Shown in pieces: positions 38,588-47,459 of a stretch of 64,000 bases of DNA. Below the pieces are notes generated by a model. That model had not been told where the DNA came from, searched no databases, and worked only from the letters and a program-made list of their open reading frames with translations. A program made the position numbers and the translations under genes. The stretch spans positions 1,950 through 65,949 of the forward strand of contig CBFDUE010000005.1 in the NCBI GenBank assembly GCA_965613025.1, read 5' to 3'. The stretch is from an uncultured bacterium. Its GTDB lineage: Bacteria; Desulfobacterota; DSM-4660; Desulfatiglandales; JALVMZ01. Within the stretch, counting starts at the first letter, position 1. Every line of letters starts with the position of its first letter.

Positions 38588-40906
38588 TTATCTTTCCCCC
38601 TCTCTTCTTTCCAATGCCCTAAGCACCTTTTCTGCTGTGATAGGTGATGTAAATATTCTTGCACCACATGCATCTGCTATGGCATTGGAAATAGCAGGAA
38701 GTGGCCCATTCATTGCTATCTCACCTGATCCTTTAAGGCCAAATGGCCCTGTATCTTCACTCAGTTCAATGGCAATGGATTCCATATCTGGTATATCTCT
38801 TGCTCCAGGGATGATATAGGTTGTAAGATCGTCTGTCTTGATCCTGCCCTGTTCCACTGAAAAATCTTCATAGAGTGCATATCCAATTCCCTGAGCAATC
38901 CCACCATGCATCTGTTGTTCAAAGAGTTGGGGATTCAGTATCTTTCCACAATCGCTTATTGTAAGATATCTCTTTACTTCCACTTCTCCAGTGAGTCTAT
39001 CAATTTCCACATAGGCAAGATGAACACCATAGGAAAATATCAGATGTGGAATACCGTGCAAGGACAACCTTTCATCTTCAATGACCTTTTCCTCACATAC
39101 AGGCGCCTTAAATAGATACCTCTCAGTTCTTTCATCTTCTTCCATAAGAATTGAGATATCTCTTAGACTTACCTCTTTTCCCCTATCCCTATCCCTGATC
39201 TTTCCAGGTAATATCTCTATTGCCTCTATATCTTGAGACTTAAGCATATCTAAGGCTCTACGTAAGATCTTCTCTTTAAGTTTCAGGGTTGCCCTGATCA
39301 ATGCATTTCCATAGGTGTAGGTGGTCCTACTTGCAGAGGAAGAGCCAGATGGAAGACATCTCTTTGTGTCAGGGAGCACAAGCTCCATCTGTTTAGGGGT
39401 CTGATTTAGTATGGAACCTGCAATCTGAAGATATGTGCTTGCATTACCTTGTCCCATATCCACAACCCCAGCATATACCCTGATCTTCCCATCATCTGTA
39501 AGCTCAATCTTTGCCTCAGCAGAATCAGGTATTACAGGCCCATAACCCATCGCATGGAAGACACTTGAAACACCTATCCCCCTCAATTTAAATCTCCCTA
39601 CCTCTGACTTCCATCTCTTCCTTTCCTTCCACCATGGATGGTTTTTTAAGCTTTCAAGGCATTCCCTAAGACCAGTTGAAGTTGTAAGTTTCATTCCCAC
39701 AGGGTTCTCGTCCCCCTCTATAAGGGCATTCTTAAGCCTTATCTCCAATGGGCATATCCCCAATCTATCTGCCATCATATCAACTACCTGTTCCATTGCA
39801 CCCATCACCTGAGGAACACCAAACCCTCTGAAGGCTCCCCCCACTGGGCTGTTTGTATATACAGCCCATGCCCTTAGATGGGTATGGGGGATCCTATAGG
39901 GTCCTCCTGAATGCTCCAGTCCCAGTGCCATTACAGCCCCTCCAAGATGATCATAGGGGCCTGTATCATAGTAGATATCCACATTCAGGGCATGAAATGC
40001 GCCATCTGACTTTGCACCTAATCTATAATGCAATTTTGCTGGATGCCTCTTTACCCCTGAAATGATGCTCTCTTCTCTGTCCCACCACATCTTTATGGGT
40101 CTATTGGGGCAATTTATGGCCGCAAGCCCCAAGAGGCATTGAACAGTGATTCCGTCCTTACCACCAAATGCCCCTCCGCAATAGGGTGCAATGATTCGCA
40201 CCCTATCCAGTTTTATTCCCAATGCCTCTGCCACTTCAAATCTGTCTCTAAATGGGCTCTGGGTGGAGGCAACTATTTCAAGTATCTGACTATCCTCATG
40301 ATAGATTGCAAAGCCACATTCTGTCTCTAGATATGCATGCTCCTGATGGGCGAAGCTAAAGTTAGCTTCCACTATCTCATCACAATCTCTAAATGCATCC
40401 TCTCCCCTCCCTTTCCTTATCTCCCCTTTAAGTAGGATATTTCCATCTGGATTATCTTCATGAATTAGCGGTGCACCCTGCTTTAGTGCTTCCATAGGGT
40501 CAAATACAGGGGGGAAAGGATCATATCTTACCTCAATCAGATTTATTGCCTCTTTTAAGATATCCCTTCCTTCTGCAATTATTAGAGCTATTGCATCACC
40601 AAAGTGTCTTATCTTATCCTCTACAAGAACTGGTTGATCCCTTTTGACAACCCCAACCCTATTGCTGCCTTTTATATCTTTAAAGGTAAGGATCTTTATT
40701 ACCCCATTGAGTGATAGGGCCTTTGATATATCAATATCCCTTATCTTTGCATGCGAAACACCTGCTCTCTTAACCCCAGCCCATAGCATATCCTTTGAAT
40801 AATAATCTGCTGCATATCTTTCCCTTCCAGTTACCTTGGACACCGCATCGTATCTGGAGCAGGACTTCCCTATCTCATATATGAATTCAGTCTTACCCTT
40901 TTTCAT
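38588..40906 (-). CDS. Xanthine dehydrogenase-family molybdopterin-binding (large) subunit
   Basis: GGAFGGK, AFRGFG.PQ, DMGQG, SASR, GG..QG.G.AL.E, G.KGSGE (catalytic Glu). Confidence 0.93.
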   Translation of the reverse strand: MKKGKTEFIYEIGKSCSRYDAVSKVTGRERYAADYYSKDMLWAGVKRAGVSHAKIRDIDISKALSLNGVIKILTFKDIKGSNRVGVVKRDQPVLVEDKIRHFGDAIALIIAEGRDILKEAINLIEVRYDPFPPVFDPMEALKQGAPLIHEDNPDGNILLKGEIRKGRGEDAFRDCDEIVEANFSFAHQEHAYLETECGFAIYHEDSQILEIVASTQSPFRDRFEVAEALGIKLDRVRIIAPYCGGAFGGKDGITVQCLLGLAAINCPNRPIKMWWDREESIISGVKRHPAKLHYRLGAKSDGAFHALNVDIYYDTGPYDHLGGAVMALGLEHSGGPYRIPHTHLRAWAVYTNSPVGGAFRGFGVPQVMGAMEQVVDMMADRLGICPLEIRLKNALIEGDENPVGMKLTTSTGLRECLESLKNHPWWKERKRWKSEVGRFKLRGIGVSSVFHAMGYGPVIPDSAEAKIELTDDGKIRVYAGVVDMGQGNASTYLQIAGSILNQTPKQMELVLPDTKRCLPSGSSSASRTTYTYGNALIRATLKLKEKILRRALDMLKSQDIEAIEILPGKIRDRDRGKEVSLRDISILMEEDERTERYLFKAPVCEEKVIEDERLSLHGIPHLIFSYGVHLAYVEIDRLTGEVEVKRYLTISDCGKILNPQLFEQQMHGGIAQGIGYALYEDFSVEQGRIKTDDLTTYIIPGARDIPDMESIAIELSEDTGPFGLKGSGEIAMNGPLPAISNAIADACGARIFTSPITAEKVLRALERREGER

Positions 40907-40994
40907 TGTTCTTTTTGCTCCATATTTATGAATAAGACTTAAAAAGTCTAATGTGCTAAAAAAGTCAAGCTCTTATTTTCTATACTTCTAAATC

Positions 40995-41022
40995 TTGCCT
41001 TTATGAAATATTTTTATAGAAT
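40995..41022 (+). promoter_or_regulatory. Possible sigma70-type promoter of the 41080-44364 operon
   Basis: TTGCCT-N16-TAGAAT in the AT-rich divergent intergenic region. Confidence 0.35.
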
Positions 41023-41079
41023 CCTTAAATAGACACTATATGAAAGAAGTGATATCATATACAAAAAAAGGATAAGATT

Positions 41080-42399
41080 ATGGATGCTAAAAAGACCGAA
41101 ACCATATCTTTAAAGCTCTTTTCAGATATCTCCCTTCTACCCTTAGCCACATCATTTGTGGAAAATGGCTCTAAAGTCTTTGGCCTTTCATCTAAGGATT
41201 CCTTGAGCTTAGCACTTGCCACAGAAGAGATCTTTGCCTATCTATGTAGAGTTACTCATGTTCCCTTTAATCTGGAAATCCTGGCTCAAAAGGGTGGTTA
41301 TTATGTAAAGGTGGATTTTCTACTTCCCATTGAGGATTTTAATATGCGAATCTTCAATATTGCATCATCCATTTCCTTAGAAGATGAGCAGGGGCTGGAA
41401 GAGCTTGGGCTCTTTATTGCATCCAGAAAGGTGGATCGTTTTCAGTTATCTGAGCTTTCTCCTGGTGGGATAATCCTATCTCTTATCAAGGAAAAGAGTT
41501 ATCCTGAGACAGATAATTTAAGAATTCCTGAGCCTGAGGAGGCAGAAAGCTATTCCATTAAAAGACCCTCTCCTGAAGAGTTAAAATTGTTTGTGGTCAT
41601 TACAGACAGTAATTATCCTAAGCTATTGATTCCCAAAAGTTTTAGATACCCAGGTAAAGTGGTGGATATGTTTTTGTCTGGTCATTATGATGCCGCCCTT
41701 GCATATGGGGAGACAGGTTCAATTGTGGGTGGTATTGTATGGCAGTGGTCTGGGCCAAAGACAGTTGAATTTTTTGGCCCTTATGTCTTTAGTAAATCGT
41801 TTTCAAAGGATATATCACGGGATCTTTTAGATAGTTGCATATCTTCTATTGCAAAATCACCAGTGGTTGCTTTAATAAACAGGCTTCCAACTGATGAACT
41901 TCCAAAAGAGCAATTTGAACTTTTAGGAGCTCTGGATATAGTTAAAGATGATAACTCTATTGTGTCTCTTCCCACATACTTTCGCCAGATGCAAGAAGAT
42001 ACAGGTTCTTATGTCTGGATAGATCCGGCTATTGAAAAGTTTTTAAGATCGGAATATGGTCGTTTGGTTCTTCCAAGAGAGATAAGGATTGTAAGAGATT
42101 TGGGTGAAGAAAAAGAAAGATATTCTGTCCTATCAACGGATTTTGATAGGTCTTTAAATATGGTGATCTTAAGACCCATACGTTCAGGGAAAGATTCAAT
42201 GGATAATATAAGAAATCATATTAATCTCTTTCAGAGGGAGTCCATCAGATCCGTGTTTTTTGAAATGGATCTTGCGCACCCCTGGCAGGTCAGCTTTACT
42301 GAAGGCCTTTTAAAAAGTAATTTTTCTCCCAAACTAATCTTACCCTATGCGGGGGATTCAGATATCTTGGTATTTCAGTGGGGTAATAGGGGGTCATGA
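41080..42399 (+). CDS. Degenerate RsbW-like HATPase domain fused to a GNAT-like domain
   Basis: The N-terminus aligns by eye with the RsbW at 33175-33588 (GL..K....L.LA.EE; LGLFIA.R.VD). The middle has G.IVGG.VW and FFGPY; the C-terminus has F.P.L.LP. Confidence 0.55.
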   Translation: MDAKKTETISLKLFSDISLLPLATSFVENGSKVFGLSSKDSLSLALATEEIFAYLCRVTHVPFNLEILAQKGGYYVKVDFLLPIEDFNMRIFNIASSISLEDEQGLEELGLFIASRKVDRFQLSELSPGGIILSLIKEKSYPETDNLRIPEPEEAESYSIKRPSPEELKLFVVITDSNYPKLLIPKSFRYPGKVVDMFLSGHYDAALAYGETGSIVGGIVWQWSGPKTVEFFGPYVFSKSFSKDISRDLLDSCISSIAKSPVVALINRLPTDELPKEQFELLGALDIVKDDNSIVSLPTYFRQMQEDTGSYVWIDPAIEKFLRSEYGRLVLPREIRIVRDLGEEKERYSVLSTDFDRSLNMVILRPIRSGKDSMDNIRNHINLFQRESIRSVFFEMDLAHPWQVSFTEGLLKSNFSPKLILPYAGDSDILVFQWGNRGS

Positions 42400-43511
42400 T
42401 TTTCCCTCAGCTTGATAGGCTTGTCCCATCTCATGTAAAACGCTTTGAGGCATATATCCCCAGCAAACCAGATGATGTGCTCATGAAATTGTATGGCTGC
42501 TCTCGCCTCTTTAGACTCAATAACAATGAAAATCCATTAGGCCCACCTCCCTCTGCACAAAAGGTGATAAAAGAGTTTCCTCCTCCTAAGGCATCTATCT
42601 ATCCAAGTGGTGATGCATATCATCTGCGTTATAGGCTTGCAGAAAAATTTGGCCTTCATCCAGATCAGATTTTGGTCGGAAATGGGGCAAATGAGGTCAT
42701 TACCTTTGTGATTAAGGCATTTTGTCAGGAAGGAGATAATATCATCACTGCTGATAAGACTTTTGCAGTATATGAGTGGGTGGCTGAATTTTCTGGCTTT
42801 AAGGCCAAGTTGGTGCCATTAAAAGATTTTGGATTTGATGATGAAGGGATGCTTCAAGAGATTGATGATAGGACCAAGATAATCTTTATCTGTAATCCCA
42901 ATAATCCAACTGGCAAATACTGGGATGAGGTAAAGCTTAGGAGATTTTTAGACAGGATAGGTGGAAATCAGATCGTGGTTATTGATGAGGCCTATTTTGA
43001 ATTTGTAGAGAAAGAGGACTATCCCAATGGTATATACCTTATTTCTGAATATCCTAATCTTGTAATATTTAGGACATTTTCTAAGATGTATGCCCTTGCA
43101 GGGCTAAGAATAGGTTATCTGGTGGGTTCCTTAGATGTGGTAAACATAATTCGAAAGACATGTGTTGTCTATTCAGTAAATGCACTTGCACAGTTAGCGG
43201 CAGTTGCCTGCCTTGATGATGAGGAGGAGCATATCTTTAAGACAAGAGAGATGGTTAAAGAGGGAAAAGAATTTCTTAAAAGAGAGCTCAAAAATCTTGG
43301 TCTTACCACAGTTTCAGGTGAAGGTAATTTTATTATGGTAAAACTTCCCATAAATGATAACCTTGCCTACAGAAGACTAATGACCCAAGGGGTTATGGTT
43401 CGCACAATGACAGGCTTTAGATTCCCTAACTGGATAAGGGTCACCATCCATAAGATGGAGGCTATGGAGGCATTTGTTGAGTCTCTTTCAAAGATTTTGA
43501 AAAATGTATAG
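42396..43511 (+). CDS. HisC-like PLP-dependent aminotransferase (class I/II)
   Basis: LN.NENPLG, GNG..E, CNPNNPTG, DEAY, RTFSK.YALAGLRIGY. Confidence 0.88.
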   Translation: MIFPQLDRLVPSHVKRFEAYIPSKPDDVLMKLYGCSRLFRLNNNENPLGPPPSAQKVIKEFPPPKASIYPSGDAYHLRYRLAEKFGLHPDQILVGNGANEVITFVIKAFCQEGDNIITADKTFAVYEWVAEFSGFKAKLVPLKDFGFDDEGMLQEIDDRTKIIFICNPNNPTGKYWDEVKLRRFLDRIGGNQIVVIDEAYFEFVEKEDYPNGIYLISEYPNLVIFRTFSKMYALAGLRIGYLVGSLDVVNIIRKTCVVYSVNALAQLAAVACLDDEEEHIFKTREMVKEGKEFLKRELKNLGLTTVSGEGNFIMVKLPINDNLAYRRLMTQGVMVRTMTGFRFPNWIRVTIHKMEAMEAFVESLSKILKNV

Positions 43512-43557
43512 ACTTTAATTGTGTGAGAATAGAAAAATTGATTTATGAGGTTAAGTT

Positions 43558-44364
43558 ATGAAAAAAGAAGAGCCTCTATTTAATAGAACCTTGCCTATAT
43601 TGGGAGAGAGGGGTCTTTCAGTCATTTCAAAGGCGAGTATATCAATATCTGGCTTAGGAGGTGTTGGTGGAGGGACATTCCTTGCGCTTGTTAGAGCAGG
43701 GGTGAGGAGGTTCAGGCTCGCTGAGAATGGAATTTTTGATGCTCCAGATATGAATAGACAGATGGCTGCATTTGGCTTTACCCTTGGACGCCCGAAGTTG
43801 GATGTTTATGTTGAACTTGCCAAATCCATTAATCCAGATTTGGAACTTGAGCTTTTTCCGGAAGGGATAAGTGTTGAAAATCTGGAAAGATTTCTTGAAG
43901 GAAGCGATGTTTATGTGGGAGTAATTGATTATGAAAAAGGAGAAGATGTCAAAAAGATGACCCCAAAGTTTTTAAAAAAGTTCCATATCCCCCTATTTAC
44001 ATGTGCAGTAATAGGTTTTGGGGCATTGATGATAAATTACCATCCAGATGAGATGATGCCAGATGAATTCTGGCAATTGGCCTTTGAAAAGTCAAAAGAT
44101 ATACCATTTGGTCTTTTACCCCATAAGATTAGCAGATGTTTTAATAGTGAAACCATAAAACGTATTGAAAAGGCATTTAATAACAATATATCTGCTACGA
44201 CAAGTATAGGTGCGTTGTGTTCAAATGTTTTACTTGCTTCAGAAGTTCTCATATGGCTTTTAAGAGGTATGGAATATGTTAAAAGAGGACCGGTATTTGC
44301 TCCATATTTTGTTGCCCTCGATCTAATGGACATGTCTTTTTCAATAAAAGACATAAGGGAGTAG
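43558..44364 (+). CDS. ThiF/HesA/TcdA-like adenylyltransferase
   Basis: F.R...LG, GLGGVGG, L.RAGV, MNRQ, G.PK, INP; no Zn-binding CxxC pairs. Confidence 0.8.
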   Translation: MKKEEPLFNRTLPILGERGLSVISKASISISGLGGVGGGTFLALVRAGVRRFRLAENGIFDAPDMNRQMAAFGFTLGRPKLDVYVELAKSINPDLELELFPEGISVENLERFLEGSDVYVGVIDYEKGEDVKKMTPKFLKKFHIPLFTCAVIGFGALMINYHPDEMMPDEFWQLAFEKSKDIPFGLLPHKISRCFNSETIKRIEKAFNNNISATTSIGALCSNVLLASEVLIWLLRGMEYVKRGPVFAPYFVALDLMDMSFSIKDIRE

Positions 44365-44464
44365 AAAAAAGAATATTATAGAGGAATTCTTGCTATAGGC
44401 CAAGGTTTGCCTTAGCAGACTCAGCAGCACGAAGGGCAAGATTCCTGTCAATATCTACAATCAT

Positions 44465-44710
44465 GCTGATCTTGGCTGATCTTGGATAGTTTCAAAAAAA
44501 TAATTTAGTGATATGCAGTATCCGTATCTTTCAAGGGGGCTTTCCAGCTCCTTTCTCAACACCAGGGCCAGGAAGCTTAAGAACACATGCCCTCTGATGT
44601 TTTCATCCTTCTTCAATAAGATCATACCCGCTACCATTTCTCGCATGTGCGGTCCGAACCTGAGACGAATAGACGGTGAACCTTTCCGATTTTCAACGAT
44701 TTGCAGATAA
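44465..44710 (-). mobile_element. Internally deleted IS1634-family transposase remnant
   Basis: The minus strand keeps N-terminal YLQIVENRK (44683-44709) and C-terminal DENIRGHVFLSFLALVLRKELE. A putative end GCTGATCTTG is duplicated at 44465-44484. Confidence 0.7.
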
Positions 44711-44770
44711 AGATCCTGCCCACAAGATAGCCTGCCACTGCACCCATATACCGTTTCTTATATCGCATCC

Positions 44771-45010
44771 CTATTCTCCCTTGCTAAGACCCTTTCTTCT
44801 TTGCTTTATCTTCTGAAGCCCCTGTTCAATATCCTTTGCGCTGAATCTCTTAAGACAATTGGTGCACTGATATATCTCTTCTACTATCTTGTCATAGACC
44901 AAGTTATCAGAAAAGTTTACCCTTCTAAATCTCATGGAAAAGTTGTAAATCCTTTTAAAGTCCCTACCCTTGCATTTGTCACATTCAAAATACTCTATCA
45001 TATCTTCCAT
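44771..45010 (-). CDS. Small double-CxxC zinc-ribbon-like hypothetical protein
   Basis: CDKC and CTNC; GGAGG SD upstream. Confidence 0.65.
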   Translation of the reverse strand: MEDMIEYFECDKCKGRDFKRIYNFSMRFRRVNFSDNLVYDKIVEEIYQCTNCLKRFSAKDIEQGLQKIKQRRKGLSKGE

Positions 45011-45046
45011 AACCCAAATCCTCCCTTTGATCGCTACCCATCATAT

Positions 45047-46123
45047 TCATATAAGAGGTATGGGATCAAGCCCCTTTTTTCTTCTGATGGACTCTAATAA
45101 TCCCACTGTGCCTGTCATCATGTTATCCCCAAGGGGGGCTCCATATTTAAAGCTAAGGGAACTCTCTTTTAAGATCTGTCTTTTTGGCCCTGTTAATAAC
45201 ATGATCTCCGGATTATCAATCCCAATGCCCTTCCTTACCCATGCACCATGCCCCCCTTCTGATAATACCTCCCTATGAGAGAGGGTACCGTCTAAGAGTC
45301 TATGAACTAATGTCTCTATCTTGGCTGTAGTTATATCCACTGTGTGATACTCAAAAAATCCCATAAGCTCATCCCCATCCAATGTGGCACACAGGGTATG
45401 TGAGGTTGCCACATCCATTATGAGCCTCCTTCTCTTTATGTAAGCTTCAGGGTCCACACAGGCTCCCATAATGGCTGCCATGCCGCTATCCATTACATAT
45501 ATCTCCTCTGCCCCAAAGTGCTCTGCACACAAAGATATGCTCTTAAGCCTGCTTAAAAAGGGAGGGATCTCTGAACGCTCATATAGTAGAGAGTGTGGAT
45601 ATGGGGAGTCTGAAAGTGCCCTTTTAAATACATGGTTTCTAAATTCAAGATGAGACATGCCATCCTTGGGGATACCGTGATCCTGGGCACAGATACCCAC
45701 AATTTCAGGTGGAAGGGGGATTCCCATATATCTAAGAAGGGCCTTTATACCTTCATGATCAATGTCTTTAAATTCAATATGCTGATATCTTTGAGATCCA
45801 ATAAGATCCTCTGCCTTACTATCATCAATTACTATCAATCCCCTGCCTTTAACCCGATCTGGATCATGATGAACTGTCTTTGATGCACTCTTAGATATAA
45901 TAATCTCCCTTCCTTGCCTTACCTTTTCAATGAGAGCGTGTGTTACTGCTCCCCCTCCCATCTCCACTCCAGTTATAAGGAGATCTTTTTGGGAATTTTT
46001 GATCTTATCTGAAATGGTAAGCACAGGTGAAGGAGATACAATTTTATAGTGGATATTCTCTTTTAGATCATACCAGAGGATATCCATTGTTCCAGCACCT
46101 ATATCTATAAGAAGAAGTTTCAT
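45047..46123 (-). CDS. DUF1786 family protein (actin-like ATPase fold)
   Basis: IDIGAGT.D, G..MGGG, AQDHG, MDSG.AA..G, EYHT, GGHGA, AP.GD.MMTG..GL. Confidence 0.8.
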   Translation of the reverse strand: MKLLLIDIGAGTMDILWYDLKENIHYKIVSPSPVLTISDKIKNSQKDLLITGVEMGGGAVTHALIEKVRQGREIIISKSASKTVHHDPDRVKGRGLIVIDDSKAEDLIGSQRYQHIEFKDIDHEGIKALLRYMGIPLPPEIVGICAQDHGIPKDGMSHLEFRNHVFKRALSDSPYPHSLLYERSEIPPFLSRLKSISLCAEHFGAEEIYVMDSGMAAIMGACVDPEAYIKRRRLIMDVATSHTLCATLDGDELMGFFEYHTVDITTAKIETLVHRLLDGTLSHREVLSEGGHGAWVRKGIGIDNPEIMLLTGPKRQILKESSLSFKYGAPLGDNMMTGTVGLLESIRRKKGLDPIPLI

Positions 46124-46143
46124 GGTCTTATACAGAAAATAAG

Positions 46144-46216
46144 AGCCACCGCACGGATTCGAACCGTGGACATCCTCATTACGAGTGAGGCGCTCTACCA
46201 GCTGAGCTACGGTGGC
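46144..46216 (-). tRNA. tRNA-Thr(CGT)
   Basis: Reverse complement reads GCCACCGTAGCTCAGCTGGTAGAGCG-CCTCA-CTCGTAA-TGAGG-ATGTCCACGGTTCGAATCCGTGCGGTGGCT. CCA is not encoded. Confidence 0.94.
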
Positions 46217-46263
46217 ATCTCTATTAGATTAATCCATTTTAAATAAAAGATCTATCCTATTAT

Positions 46264-46415
46264 GAGAGCTTTGCATAACCCCTTCTTACACTGGGGGTTA
46301 CACCTCCCTCCGGGTCGGAGACCTCTCCGGGTCGGAGACCAGACCCCCAAAAATTAACTTAAAATAACCCATAATTACAGTCTTTTCTGAGAGCTTTGAA
46401 AAATTCAAAGCTCTC
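46264..46415 (-). mobile_element. MITE family X copy (type A interior plus tandem CTCCGGGTCGGAGAC insert)
   Basis: Ends GAGAGCTTTGCATAACCCC and GAGAGCTTTGAAAAATTCAAAGCTCTC. ATTAT direct repeats at 46259-46263 and 46416-46420. Confidence 0.85.
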
Positions 46416-46416
46416 A

Positions 46417-46902
46417 TTATGTATTAAATCTTTTCTTTAACATCTCATGAACTACCGATGGAACCAGTCCGCTGACATCTCCACCAAACCTTGCGGCCTC
46501 CTTTACAATTGTGGAACTTATATAGAACCACTTATAGTCTGTCATAAGGAACACAGACTGTATCTCTCGGTTCAGCTTTCTGTTCATCAGTGCCATCTGA
46601 AATTCATATTCAAAATCAGACATAGCCCTAAGACCTTTTACAATTATATTAGTCTTTTTGCTTGCCACATAATCTACTAAAAGACCATCAAAGTGATCCA
46701 CCTCCACATTTTTAAGCCCCTTTACCGCTTCTTTAATCATATATATCCTCTCTTCCAAGGTAAAGAGGGGCTGCTTTTGTGGATTCTTTAAGATAGCAAC
46801 AATTACTCTGTCAAATATCTTTAGTGCCCTTTTAATAACACTAAGATGGCCATTAGTGATGGGGTCAAATGTGCCTGGATATATGGCTAATTTTTCACAC
46901 AT
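46417..46902 (-). CDS. coaD: Phosphopantetheine adenylyltransferase
   Basis: YPGTFDPITNGH, GLR..SDFEYE, ISS..VKE. Confidence 0.96.
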   Translation of the reverse strand: MCEKLAIYPGTFDPITNGHLSVIKRALKIFDRVIVAILKNPQKQPLFTLEERIYMIKEAVKGLKNVEVDHFDGLLVDYVASKKTNIIVKGLRAMSDFEYEFQMALMNRKLNREIQSVFLMTDYKWFYISSTIVKEAARFGGDVSGLVPSVVHEMLKKRFNT

Positions 46903-47459
46903 TATCCTTCTCCACAAGAAAGAATAGATATCTTTATATCTCCATATATCTTAACCGCAGATATGTAAAAATTGGGAATCAATAGGGGTATAGACTCTGT
47001 CTTTTTACTTTCAATCACTATATCACATGGGATTTTAAAAGGCTGTTCCATGGCAAGTCTCTTTAACAGTGGTGATATTAATCCTTTTTCATACGGTGGG
47101 TCAATAAAAATGAGATTAAATCCCTCTATCTTTAAGGGTATCTTAGGAAGACCTTTTCTAAGGTCCTTTCCTATTATCATTGCCTTATCTGAAAGACCAC
47201 ATATTCTAAGATTTTCTCTTATAAGCCTCAGGGACTTAGGTGAATAGTCTATAAATAGAGCAAAAGAGGCCCCCCTACTCAATGCCTCAATTCCCATAAT
47301 ACCAGTTCCTGCAAATAGATCCAAAACGCTTAAGCCAGATAGTTCATTACCTATAATATTAAATATGGCCTCTCTTATCTTCTGAGAGGTGGGTCTTATA
47401 CCTGTTCCCTTAAACGAACTCAGCCTTCTTCCCTTTATTTTACCTCCTGTAATCCTCAT
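46902..47459 (-). CDS. rsmD: 16S rRNA (guanine966-N2)-methyltransferase
   Basis: MRI.GG..KGR, RPT...REAIFN, LDLFAGTG..G.EALSRGA, DPPY. Confidence 0.93.
   Translation of the reverse strand: MRITGGKIKGRRLSSFKGTGIRPTSQKIREAIFNIIGNELSGLSVLDLFAGTGIMGIEALSRGASFALFIDYSPKSLRLIRENLRICGLSDKAMIIGKDLRKGLPKIPLKIEGFNLIFIDPPYEKGLISPLLKRLAMEQPFKIPCDIVIESKKTESIPLLIPNFYISAVKIYGDIKISILSCGEG

Noticed and set aside
38588-40906. Specific call as xanthine or nicotinate dehydrogenase, or as a Sec-containing enzyme
   Set aside because: The family motifs do not fix the substrate, and there is no in-frame TGA.
42396-43511. Housekeeping hisC of histidine biosynthesis
   Set aside because: No his or aromatic-pathway genes are nearby and it is translationally coupled to an accessory gene, so it is left as a HisC-like paralog without a gene symbol.
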